Shown piece by piece: positions 11,248 through 22,600 of a stretch of DNA of 64,000 nt. The stretch covers positions 1 to 64,000 of the forward strand of contig NIVC01000037.1 in NCBI GenBank assembly GCA_002269645.1, read 5' to 3'. The DNA is from Macrostomum lignano (taxonomy: Eukaryota). Under the pieces are notes generated by a model that saw only the letters and a list, made by a program, of their open reading frames with translations, did not search any database and was not told where the DNA came from. How positions within the stretch are numbered: position 1 is the stretch's first letter; every line of letters starts with the position of its first letter. The translations under genes and the position numbers were made by a program.

Positions 11248-11363
11248 AAGCCTTTCTAGGAAAGGCCTGCAAAAACTAGAGAATTCTCCTTAGAGTATCC
11301 CTCCACGGAAATCTTTAGTAAAAGGCGAAAGATTTAATCGTGGAATGAAGAGAAACCAGAGTT
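11248..11363 (-). ncRNA. U5: U5 spliceosomal snRNA, complete gene (116 nt)
   Basis: The reverse complement reads AACUCUGGUUUCUCUUC...AAAUCUUUCGCCUUUUACUAAAGAUUUCCGUGGAGGGAUAC...AGUUUUUG-CAGGCCUUUCCUAGAAAGGCUU. It shows the metazoan U5 5' stem, invariant loop 1 (GCCUUUUAC), an Sm-like site (AGUUUUUG) and a 3' stem-loop. Confidence 0.95.
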
Positions 11364-11589
11364 GAAGTTAAACAAGAGTGGGTAGCTTTTCTTATGTAGA
11401 AAATTCTGTAACCGCTTTAATTAAACATTCGTTTTCATAAAGCATTCGTTCCTGGCATGCCAATCTCTCTACTGACATAAGTGGAACTATTTGCGCATGA
11501 AAGCTAGTTTTTGTCTAGGCCTACGCAAACTGTTTTTTTCTATGCTGTAGAGAGTGGGAAGGATAGGCAGTAAAATTTCGGTAATTTTT

Positions 11590-12459
11590 TTAAAACTTCA
11601 TAGTAAGTCTTTTCTGAAGTAGCCACTGGTTAGCGAGGGTGATGACCTCTTCTTTGGACTCGAAGCGGTGCCCACGGAGTGGCCGCTTGAGCTGACGGAA
11701 TAGATGAAAATCGGAGGGTGCCAGGTCTGGTGAATAGGCCGGATGTGGGAGGATTTCGAACCCCGCAGTGGTGGCAGCATTCACCGCAACCTGGGCAGTG
11801 TGAGCTGAGGCATTGTCGTGAAGCAGCAAGGGGGCCAGCACTCAGCTTCCCCCGCTTCTTCTGGACCACTGCCTGACGAAACCGGCCCAGCTGTTCGGAG
11901 GACCAGACACCTGTGACAGTGTGCCTAACAGACAGTGACAGTGAGCAGGATCCCCTGACAGTCCCAGAAGAAACAGCCCTGGAATCTCGCTCAGACACGG
12001 GGGTCCATAGTGGCAGATCCAGCACTCATCCCCAGTAATGATTCATCGCTCAAATCCATCCAGGTTCTCATTGTAGGGGTCAGGCAGTAGTCCCGACGAG
12101 AAAGCATTCGGGGCGCTACTGCCTCAACTTTTATGGCTCACCCTGCCACGCTTGAATTCGTTGTAAAGTCGCTCGATGGTGCGCAGAGAGGGACAAGTTG
12201 TGGGGTACAGACTTTATCTTCTCCTCAATTGCAAAATTTAATATGAGGGCTCGGTATTTCTGCTTGTGTGTGCATTTTGCGGAAAATTCAGGGGGTGCTT
12301 AAAGTTCGTGCAGAAAAGATACAGTTAAAAAGACATGAAAAGAAAACACTGCACCCTATAAATTCTATATAAAAGTACTTTAAAAAGCCGAAAAAAATTA
12401 TGAAAAAAAGCTTTTGAAATGGCTGAACGGCAAAACTATAGATTTGAAGCACCCTCGTA
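11590..12459 (-). mobile_element. Degenerate mariner (Tc1/mariner) transposon remnant
   Basis: Fragments PSLRTIERLYNEFKRGR, IITGDECWI, FWDCQGILL, HDNASAHT and HPAYSPDLAPSDFHLF. One terminus reads TA-CGAGGGTGCTTCAAA (minus strand from 12459). There are stops and deletions, and the second TIR was not found. Confidence 0.85.
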
Positions 12460-12981
12460 TTTGACAGTTGACAAGACGGACTGAATATGGGCGCCCCCCC
12501 CTACCCAGTTAATAATTTGGAGTTATTGCGCAAAACTTAGTCGTGTTTGAACAGTGTCATGGAATTACGAGCTACATGGTGTATGCTAATACCCTATAAT
12601 TACATATCTTAGCTATGCGTGTATAATATAGGCCATTCTTAACTATTGTTCCAGCCTATCGATTGGCTCACTCGCTTTCTTTAATCAATCCAGCTCTTGC
12701 CTCAAGTAGTGTCGATTGCCATCATTACAATCAATCTATTGTCAACAATGGTCAGAGCAAACTTATTAGTCGCCTAACTTATTAAAATTAATTCTTGTAG
12801 TTTCAAGATCTTACGCTTGAGCTGTTGAATTTTAGAAATATGTTGATGAGTTTTAAAATTATTAGAAATTGTTGCTAAGGCGTGTAAGGAGTAGAACCAG
12901 TTGATAAATTCGACTTGGTTGCCACAATGGCGCCACGGTTTGTCTCAGTTCAGCTAATGAGGAATCTCTGAGGAAGCCAAG

Positions 12982-13700
12982 AGAGACAGAATTGCAGAGA
13001 GACAGAATTGCAGAGAGACAGAATTGCAGAGAGACAGAATTGCAGAGAGACAGAATTGCAGACAGACAAAATTGCAGAGACAGAATTGCAGAGAGACAGA
13101 ATCGCAGACAGACAGAATTGCAGACAGATAGAATTGCAGAAATACAGAGTTGCAGACAGACAGAATTGCAGGCAGACAGAATCGCAGACAGATAGAATTG
13201 CAGAAATACAGAGTTGCAGACGGACAGAATCGCAGACAGACAGACTTGCAGACAGATAGAATTGCAGAAATACAGAGTTGCAGACAGACAGAATTGCAGA
13301 CAGACAGAATTGCAGACATACAGAATTGCAGACAGACAGAATTGCAGACAGACAGAATTGCAGGCAGACAGAATCGCAGGCAGACAGAATTGCAGGCAGA
13401 CAGAATCGCAGGCAGACAGAATTGCAGACAGACAGAATCGCAGGCAGACAGAATTGCAGACAGACAGAATTGCAGACAGACAGAATTGCAGACAGACAGA
13501 ATCTCAGGCAGACAGAATTGCAGACATACAGAATTGCAGACAGAAAAAATTGCAGACAGACAGAATTGCAGACATACAGAATTGCAGACAGACAGAATTG
13601 CAGACAGACAGAATCGCAGGCAAACAGAATCGCAGACAGAAGCAGACAGGCGGCACAGAAGCAGACAGGCGGCACAGAAGCAGACAGGCGGCAGAAATTG
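12982..13700. repeat. 14-bp minisatellite (GACAGAATTGCAGA-like), ending in three ~19-bp units
   Basis: Direct reading of tandem units. Confidence 0.9.
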
Positions 13701-14212
13701 CACCGCAGCGCAAGGGAAATCCAAGCCGCAATCCGCAGCTCACGCACAGCATCAGCAAAGTTAATTCGGCTTCAGCAGGCGGCCCGTTTCCATCTAGCTC
13801 TATCAAAGCCAGGCACAAATGAAGCCAGCTTGTTGGTGCATAATGAGCTGAGCTCCAATTCTCGTGGGGATTTATCTCCCCCAATATACGCTCGTACATA
13901 TTTAGCATACAGGACCTATGGGATAATTCCATTCCGGTCTTCGCCCGCGCCTTCCCCACTTGATTTGGCCCCTTCTCCCCTCTCTAAAAGCCAAATATTG
14001 CGCAGGAGGAAGCTTTAGCGGGGTTGACGGGAGGGCCGGAGACAAAAAATAGGTCTTTGTCCCCCCCCCGAAATCCCCCGCGCCCAACCCGATCCTTGCG
14101 AACCCCCCGCCGCCACAGCTTGCCAATTTTCCCTTTCGATCCCGTTTGGCCTCTTTTACTCCTCAACTATTTTTAATCATTTGGCCGCTTTACTGTTTCA
14201 CTGGGAATTTGC

Positions 14213-14690
14213 AGCATCTGACACGGATGACACTTACAGCATCTGACACAGATGGACACTTACAGCATCTGACACAGATGGACACTTACAGCATCTGACA
14301 CAGATGGACACTTACAGCATCTGACAAAGATAGACACTTACAGCATCTGACAAAGATAGACACTTACAGCATCTGACACAGATGGACACTTACAGCATCT
14401 GACACAGATAGACACTTACATCATCTGACACAGATGGACACTTACAGCATCTGACAAAGATAGACACTTACAGCATCTGACAAAGATAGACACTTACAGC
14501 ATCTGACACAGATGGACACTTACAGCATCTGACACAGATATGACACTTACAGCATCTGACACTGATAGACACTTACAGCATCGGACACAGATGGACACTT
14601 ACAGCATCTGACAAAGATGGACGCTTACAGCATGACAAAGATGACACTTACAGCATCTGACACAGATAGACACTTACAGCATCTGACACA
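14213..14690. repeat. 26-bp minisatellite (CACTTACAGCATCTGACACAGATGGA)
   Basis: Tandem units, each with an internal CATCT/AGATG inverted repeat. Confidence 0.9.
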
Positions 14691-14964
14691 AATGGTTTTC
14701 GTAGCGCTTTGATACAGTTTGACATGAATTGGGAATATTTGAGCATCGGATATGTACCGTTTTAAAAAGCGCTTTGTTTCATTTCATTTGTTTAATGCTA
14801 TTAAGTACCGATATAGCCATCAAATTTTCCTTTTTGGCTTGTATTATTTTGTGCCAACTTTTCAAAAAGGATGAAGTCTGAATCTTACTACTGTCAGTAG
14901 GTAAAAAGTTATATATAAACATATACTCGTAAATAAACAAATTAACTACTCGTATATACCACAG

Positions 14965-15531
14965 CTAGACGAAACTAAGCAGCCAGCGCAGACAGACGAG
15001 CTGCAGCGAATCGGCAGAGACGGTGCCAGCTGCGAGCACGGCAGGCACCATCGCCGCCAAGTCAGACACCGCCGGCATCACAACTATCGCATGCCGCCAG
15101 CTGAGGCGCCAATCAAACAACAGCGGCAGCCGCTATTGGAGTCTGACGCAGAAGCAGCTGGAGAGAGTGCCGACAGAGGCAAGCAGGGCGGAGGAGGTCC
15201 GAGTCTTCGACTGCCGACACTTTTCAAGCGTTCGACCAACTCTGCCAGGTGAATAATTTTAACTACTGCAAGTAGCATGATGCAGAAAAATCGTTTTTTA
15301 TACATTCGGTATATTCGCGCGTAAAACTATTGCCAATTATCTTTATATAGAAGCGTCGCTGCCGCGGTCGCCGTAGCTTCTGAGCTCGGTGTTCTTAACT
15401 CTGAAAGCGGCACCGACTTGGCCGGCTGCGACTGCGACGCTGGCGAGGACTGCGGTCGCCGACAGTTAGCATTAGCAAAGGACGCCAATGCCTCTGCCGA
15501 GCCTGCTCCGAATTTAAATTTTCCGTTTTAA
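14965..15531 (+). CDS. Possible last two exons of an unidentified gene (14965-15248, 15351-15531)
   Basis: GC-rich open frames bounded by acag|, |gtgaat and atatag|. The phase-2 join is consistent and ends ...NLNFPF*. No domain was recognised. Confidence 0.35.
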
Positions 15532-16174
15532 TTCTATGTTGGCTACTTACAGTAGGACAGTTGAGACTTTTTGTGCGGTTTACCACAACAACGGAAAACA
15601 CTTCACTTACTCTTTATAGTCTCGAAAATGCTTTTATTCTTATTTGATAAGTATTGGATGCCATCTGAATCTGAATGCGGCTGACTTTAATATCATTTTT
15701 TTATACTTTTGAATACACCTACAGTATTGTTTATTATACTCTACACTAAGTGCAATTAAAACTACTGCGGCAGATTTAGATTATTACGAGAGACAATAAA
15801 TAAACGAATAAATAAAGTCGCAGTGACTTCCTAATCGTAATTGACAACTTCTGCTGGATAAACAAGTTGACGTGTATTTTATTAGTGGCAAGTTAGTAGT
15901 ATACCCAGAATATCTACTCTTTAATTTACTCAGGAAATCAGCCATACGTCTAGTAATAGAGCGAAGTAAGAGTAGAAAAAAAGAAATTACAGAAAGCGCA
16001 TTTTCAATTTCATATCATTTTAATTCTGCGAAGCGATAAGCCACTAACAAAGGTTCTAATGCTGTCACGGAGGTGTATTAGTGAAACTGACAAGCCTGCT
16101 TAGCATGGACCAATAGAGCATATCATAGTGTATATTGGTCGAGTAAGTACATTGCTGGCTTTTAATTTCAAGAA

Positions 16175-16995
16175 CTCCAATCCCCAACTCCAATTCCCCA
16201 ACTCCAGTTCCCCAACTCCAATTCCCCAACTCCAGCTCCCCAACTCCGATTCCCCAACTCCAGCTCCCCAACTCCGATTCCCCAACTCCAGCTCCCCAAC
16301 TCCGATTCCCCAACTCCAACTCCCCAACTCCAGCTCCCCAACTCCGATTCCCCAACTCCAACTCCCCAACTCCAGCTCCCCAACTCCGATTCCCCAACTC
16401 CGATTCCCCAACTCCAGCTCCCCAACTCCGATTCCCCAACTCCAACTCCCCAACTCCAGCTCCCCAATTCCGATTCCCCAACTCCAGCTCCCCAATTCCG
16501 ATTCCCCAACTCCAACTCCCCAACTCCAATTCCCCAACTCCAGCTCCCCAACTCCAACTCCCCAACTCCAGCTCCCCAACTCCGATTCCCCAACTCCAAT
16601 TCCCCAACTCCGATTCCCCAACTCCAGCTCCCCAACTCCAGCTCCCCAACTCCGATTCCCCAACTCAATTCCCCAACTCCGATTCCCCAACTCCAGCTCC
16701 CCAACTCCGATTCCCCAACTCCAATTCCCCAACTCCAATTCCCCAACTCCGATTCCCCAACTCCAATTCCCCAACTCCAATTCCCCAACTCCAATTCCCC
16801 AACTCCAATTCCCCAACTCCGATTCCCCAACTCCAATTCCCCAACTCCAATTCCCCAACTCCAATTCCCCAACTCCGATTCCCCAACTCCAATTCCCCAA
16901 CTCCAATTCCCCAACTCCAATTCCCCAACTCCAGCTCCCCAACTCCAATTCCCCAACTCCAATTCCCCAACTCCAACTCCCCAACTCCAACTCCT
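16175..16995. repeat. 14-bp minisatellite (CCCCAACTCC+AATT/GATT/AGCT)
   Basis: Tandem units. Confidence 0.9.
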
Positions 16996-17745
16996 AACTT
17001 CAGTTCTGTGCTCAGTGGAAACAGCAAATGATGTGGACTAGAGAGATCATAAGGAATCCGAATAAGCAGAATTAGCTAGCTAATTAAAATTAAATAAGCG
17101 AGAAAATTGAAATTATTTTTTTGAAACTAAACTTGGATAAGCAGTAAAAACATCGAAACTTATAATAATAGTATAAGAAGAAAGGATAATTCAACAAAAC
17201 AGGAATGATGACGCTGGGACAATCCAATACGTAAAGATTCGAAAACAGATGAAACGCGCACACGCTGTCAGTGCTGCGGAGATGTGTTGCTAATAGCCCT
17301 CACCGATGAGAATTCAATGCGCAAGCGGTTCCATCTTCAGAAGATTGGCTGGAATAGATAAATTGATATAGTAGGCTAGATCTATTCCAGATTCCTGGCC
17401 AATATAAAACCGGATACTAACTGAAGACTTATATTTGTAATTCTAAGTGCCAGACAGTATCTGCAACTTATGCCTTAGGCTTACACATCTGTGAGTGCCT
17501 ATGTGTGAATCTGGTCTGATAAACAGAAGTTGTGCATTTATAACAGCCTTAGTTGTTAGTCACGTGAACTACGCTGGGCACAGGGCCAGTTGGGCACCCC
17601 GCTTGGCATTCAGCCAGTCAGCAAGGGGTGAGAGAATTTAGCATCTTTGCAACAACTTCCTAGCTCAGTTCACTTAAAGAGCGGTTCTTATAGATTTTGT
17701 CTTGCTTGCTGTTATTACGGGTGATTACCGGTATATTGCATGTGG

Positions 17746-19660
17746 TTTAGTTTGATGGGAGATTGTTGAGTTTAGTTTGATGAGAGATTGTTGAGTTTAG
17801 TTTGATAGGAGATTGTTGAGTTTAGTTTGATGGGAGATTGTTGAGTTTAGTTTGATGGGAGATTGTTGAGTTTAGTTTGATGGGAGATTGTTGAGTTTAG
17901 TTTGATGAGAGATTGTTGAGTTTAGTTTGATAGGAGATTGTTGAGTTTAGTTTGATGGGAGATTGTTGAGTTTAGTTTGATGGGAGATTGTTGAGTTTAG
18001 TTTGATGGGAGATTGTTGAGTTTAGTTTGATGGGAGATTGTTGAGTTTAGTTTGATGGGAGATTGTTGAGTTTAGTTTGATGGGAGATTGTTGAGTTTAG
18101 TTTGATGGGAGATTGTTGAGTTTAGTTTGATGGGAGATTGTTGAGTTTAGTTTGATAGGAGATTGTTGAGTTTAGTTTGATGGGAGATTGTTGAGTTTAG
18201 TTTGATGGGAGATTGTTGAGTTTAGTTTGATGGGAGATTGTTGAGTTTAGTTTGATGGGAGATTGTTGAGTTTAGTTTGATGGGAGATTGTTGAGTTTAG
18301 TTTGATGGGAGATTGTTGAGTTTAGTTTGATGGGAGATTGTTGAGTTTAGTTTGATGGGAGATTGTTGAGTTTAGTTTGATGGGAGATTGTTGAGTTTAG
18401 TTTGATGGGAGATTGTTGAGTTTAGTTTGATGGAGATTGTTGAGTTTAGTTTGATGGGAGATTGTTGAGTTTAGTTTGATGGGAGATTGTTGAGTTTAGT
18501 TTGATGGGAGATTGTTGAGTTTAGTTTGATGGGAGATTGTTGAGTTTAGTTTGATGGGAGATTGTTGAGTTTAGTTTGATGGGAGATTGTTGAGTTTAGT
18601 TTGATGGGAGATTGTTGAGTTTAGTTTGATGGGAGATTGTTGAGTTTAGTTTGATGGGAGATTGTTGAGTTTAGTTTGATGGGAGATTGTTGAGTTTAGT
18701 TTGATGGGAGATTGTTGAGTTTAGTTTGATGGGAGATTGTTGAGTTTAGTTTGATGGGAGATTGTTGAGTTTAGTTTGATGAGAGATTGTTGAGTTTAGT
18801 TTGATGGGAGATTGTTGAGTTTAGTTTGATGGGAGATTGTTGAGTTTAGTTTGATGGAGATTGTTGAGTTTAGTTTGATAGGAGATTGTTGAGTTTAGTT
18901 TGATAGGAGATTGTTGAGTTTAGTTTGATGGGAGATTGTTGAGTTTAGTTTGATAGGAGATTGTTGAGTTTAGTTTGATGGGAGATTGTTGAGTTTAGTT
19001 TGATGGGAGATTGTTGAGTTTAGTTTGATGGGAGATTGTTGAGTTTAGTTTGATGGGAGATTGTTGAGTTTAGTTTGATGGGAGATTGTTGAGTTTAGTT
19101 TGATGGGAGATTGTTGAGTTTAGTTTGATGGGAGATTGTTGAGTTTAGTTTGATGGGAGATTGTTGAGTTTAGTTTGATGGGAGATTGTTGAGTTTAGTT
19201 TGATGGGAGATTGTTGAGTTTAGTTTGATGGGAGATTGTTGAGTTTAGTTTGATGGGAGATTGTTGAGTTTAGTTTGATGGGAGATTGTTGAGTTTAGTT
19301 TGATGGGAGATTGTTGAGTTTAGTTTGATGGGAGATTGTTGAGTTTAGTTTGATGGGAGATTGTTGAGTTTAGTTTGATGGGAGATTGTTGAGTTTAGTT
19401 TGATGGGAGATTGTTGAGTTTAGTTTGATGGGAGATTGTTGAGTTTAGTTTGATGGGAGATTGTTAAGTTTAGTTTGATGGGAGATTGTTGAGTTTAGTT
19501 TGATGGGAGATTGTTGAGTTTAGTTTGATGGGAGATTGTTGAGTTTAGTTTGATGGGAGATTGTTGAGTTTAGTTTGATGGGAGATTGTTGAGTTTAGTT
19601 TGATGGGAGATTGTTGAGTTTAGTTTGATGGGAGATTGTTGAGTTTAGTTTGATGGGAGA
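17746..19660. repeat. 25-bp minisatellite (GAGTTTAGTTTGATGGGAGATTGTT), very homogeneous
   Basis: Period 25, beginning about 20 bp past the sortilin-like stop codon. Confidence 0.95.
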
Positions 19661-19682
19661 ATGCTAGGTTCACGTCGCTAAA

Positions 19683-22600
19683 CTATAGATAAACCAAGGG
19701 GCAGCTGGGGACTCTCACAGCTTCATCATCCTCGCCGCCGCCAAGCAAAGCCTGCTTATCGCTGGCCCTCATCTTGCCGCCGCCATTAGTCGGGCGCCGC
19801 TCTGTGGCACCAGTGGCGTTGTAGAATCCGCCGCTGCCGCCGCCGCCTTGCAGGATGTCGTCGGCGGCTTGATATTCGACATCCTCGCCGTCAGCTTCGT
19901 CGCCCCGACGGCCGGCCGCGGACACGATCGAATAGTGGAAGGCGAGTCGGCGACGTCGACGCTCCCGGTGCCGGGCGAGCACCACCAGGCTGAGCACGAT
20001 GGCGAGCAGGATTGCCACGGTGATGGCCAGGGGAACCATCAGGCCAACTGTGCGTCGGGTTTTATCCAGTTCGGCCTGCTGCCGCTGCTGCTCGATGCTC
20101 TGGATGAGGAGGCGGCCGTCTCGGGCCCTGGGATCCTCGGTTGGCTGCGGACAGCTGGCCTCGTGCAGCACCTCCTGGTTGGGGGTGAGATTGGGGACAG
20201 TCAGTCAGTCAGTCAGTCAGTCAGTCAGTCAGTCAGTCAGTCAGTCAGTCAGTCAGTCAGTCAGTCAGTCAGTCAGTCAGTCAGTCAGTCAGTCAGTCAG
20301 TCAGTCAGTCAGTCAGTCAGTCAGTCAGTCAGTCAGTCAGTCAGTCAGTCAGTCAGTCAGTCAGTCAGTCAGTCAGTCAGTCAGTCAGTCAGTCAGTCAG
20401 TCAGTCAGTCAGTCAGTCAGTCAGTCAGTCAGTCAGTCAGTCAGTCAGTCAGTCAGTCAGTCAGTCAGTCAGTCAGTCAGTCAGTCAGTCAGTCAGTCAG
20501 TCAGTCAGTCAGTCAGTCAGTCAGTCAGTCAGTCAGTCAGTCAGTCAGTCAGTCAGTCAGTCAGTCAGTCAGTCAGTCAGTCAGTCAGTCAGTCAGTCAG
20601 TCAGTCAGTCAGTCAGTCAGTCAGTCAGTCAGTCAGTCAGTCAGTCAGTCAGTCAGTCAGTCAGTCAGTCAGTCAGTCAGTCAGTCAGTCAGTCAGTCAG
20701 TCAGTCAGTCAGTCAGTCAGTCAGTCAGTCAGTCAGTCAGTCAGTCAGTCAGTCAGTGCAGAATAGGCCTCAGCAAAATGGCCTCGCTCACCTGATGCGT
20801 TACATTTGGCTGAAATCCGCCCTGGCAACGGTTGCGAGGCAGTTTCCTATACCCCTCGGTAATAATCTTCTTAACCGTGTTGGCGTCGCAGATTCTAGGC
20901 GTTGGCACGTCGGGGTCGCGCACGCAGTCCAGGCTGTTGACCGGCCGGGTGTAGCCAAATTCGCATTCGAAATCGTCTTTAGTGCACTCGCACGGCGTCA
21001 CGCTGGTCTGCGGCTTGTAACTGTAGGTGCTGGCGCACATGCTGTCCGCCTTCAGCCGCTTGATTGTCTCCTTGGCACCCAACACACAGGCCTGGTGGTT
21101 GGCGTTGTCGTAGTTCACCGCCCCGTTGCTCAGCCAGGACTCGTAGTCGCTGTCTGTGCAGCTTCTGCTCAGAAGCACGCCAAGGTCGACTACGAACACC
21201 TGCGGCGGATGGGAGGGCACAATGGGGAGTTAGAGGTAGAGAATGGAGCTTCAGATGGAGAGAATGGAGATTCAGATAGAGAGAATGGAGATTCAGATGG
21301 AAAGAATGGAGATTCAGATGGAGATAATAGAGATTCAGATGGAGAGAATGGAAATTCAGATAAAGAGAATGGAGATTCAGATGGAGAGAATGGAGATTCA
21401 GATGGAGAGAATGGAGATTCAGATGGAGATAATAGAGATTCAGATGGAGAGAATGGAGATTCAGATGGAGAGAATGGAGATTCAGATGGAAATAATAGAG
21501 ATTCAGATGGAGAGAATGGAGATTCAGATGGAGATAATAGAGATTCAGATGGAGATAATAGAGATTCAGATGGAGAGAATGGAGATTCAGATAAAGAGAA
21601 TGGAGATTCAGATGGAGAGAATGGAGATTCAGATGGAGATAATAGAGATTCAGATGGAGAGAATGGAGATTCAGATAAAGAGAATGGAGATTCAGATGGA
21701 GAGAATGGAGATTCAGATGGAGAGAATGGAGATTCAGATGGAGAAAATGGAGATTCAGATGGAAAGAATGGAGATTCATAGGAGAGATTGGTGATTAAAA
21801 TGGAGAGATTAAAGATTCAGAGAGAATGGAGATTCATAGGAGAGATTGGTGATTAAAATGGAGAGATTAAAGATTCAGAGAGAATGGAGATTCATAGGAG
21901 AGATTGGTGATTAAAATGGAGAGATTAAAGATTCAGAGAGAATGGAGATTCATAGGAGAGATTGGTGATTAAAATGGAGAGATTAAAGATTCAGAGAGAA
22001 TGGAGATTCATAGGAGAGATTGGTGATTAAAATGGAGAGATTAAAGATTCAGAGAGAATGGAGATTCATGGAGAGATTGGTGATTAAAATGGAGAGATTA
22101 AAGATTCAGAGAGAATGGAGATTCATAGGAGAGATTGGTGATTAAAATGGAGAGATTAAAGATTCAGAGAGAATGGAGATTCAGATGGAAAGAATGGAGA
22201 TTCATAGGAGAGATTGGTGATTAAAATGGAGAGATTAAAGATTCAGAGAGAATGGAGATTCATAGGAGAGATTGGTGATTAAAATGGAGAGATTAAAGAT
22301 TCAGAGAGAATGGAGATTCATAGGAGAGATTGGTGATTAAAATGGAGAGATTAAAGATTCAGAGAGAATGGAGATTCAGATGGAAAGAATGGAGATTCAT
22401 AGGAGAGATTGGTGATTAAAATGGAGAGATTAAAGATTCAGAGAGAATGGAGATTCATAGGAGAGATTGGTGATTAAAATGGAGAGATTAAAGATTCAGA
22501 GAGAATGGAGATTCAGATGGAAAGAATGGAGATTCATAGGAGAGATTGGTGATTAAAATGGAGAGATTAAAGATTCAGAGAGAATGGAGATTCGGGAGAG

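Larger units (their letters stand above)
6820..11316 (-). mobile_element. Second tandem unit of the same retrotransposon, internally deleted (4497 bp)
   Basis: Near-identical to 366-6819 but lacks about 1.8 kb of ORF1 (junction ~10317-10319) and about 0.18 kb of ORF2 (junction ~9106-9110). Confidence 0.92.

Noticed and set aside
1-11316. The tandem LINE array as a pure assembly artefact
   Set aside because: The units differ by two junction-bearing deletions, substitutions and an 8-nt leader insertion. This is not fully excluded without reads.
16175-16995. CCCCAA-rich array as a telomere-like repeat
   Set aside because: The unit is 14 bp with variable tetramers, not a telomeric hexamer, and it is interstitial.
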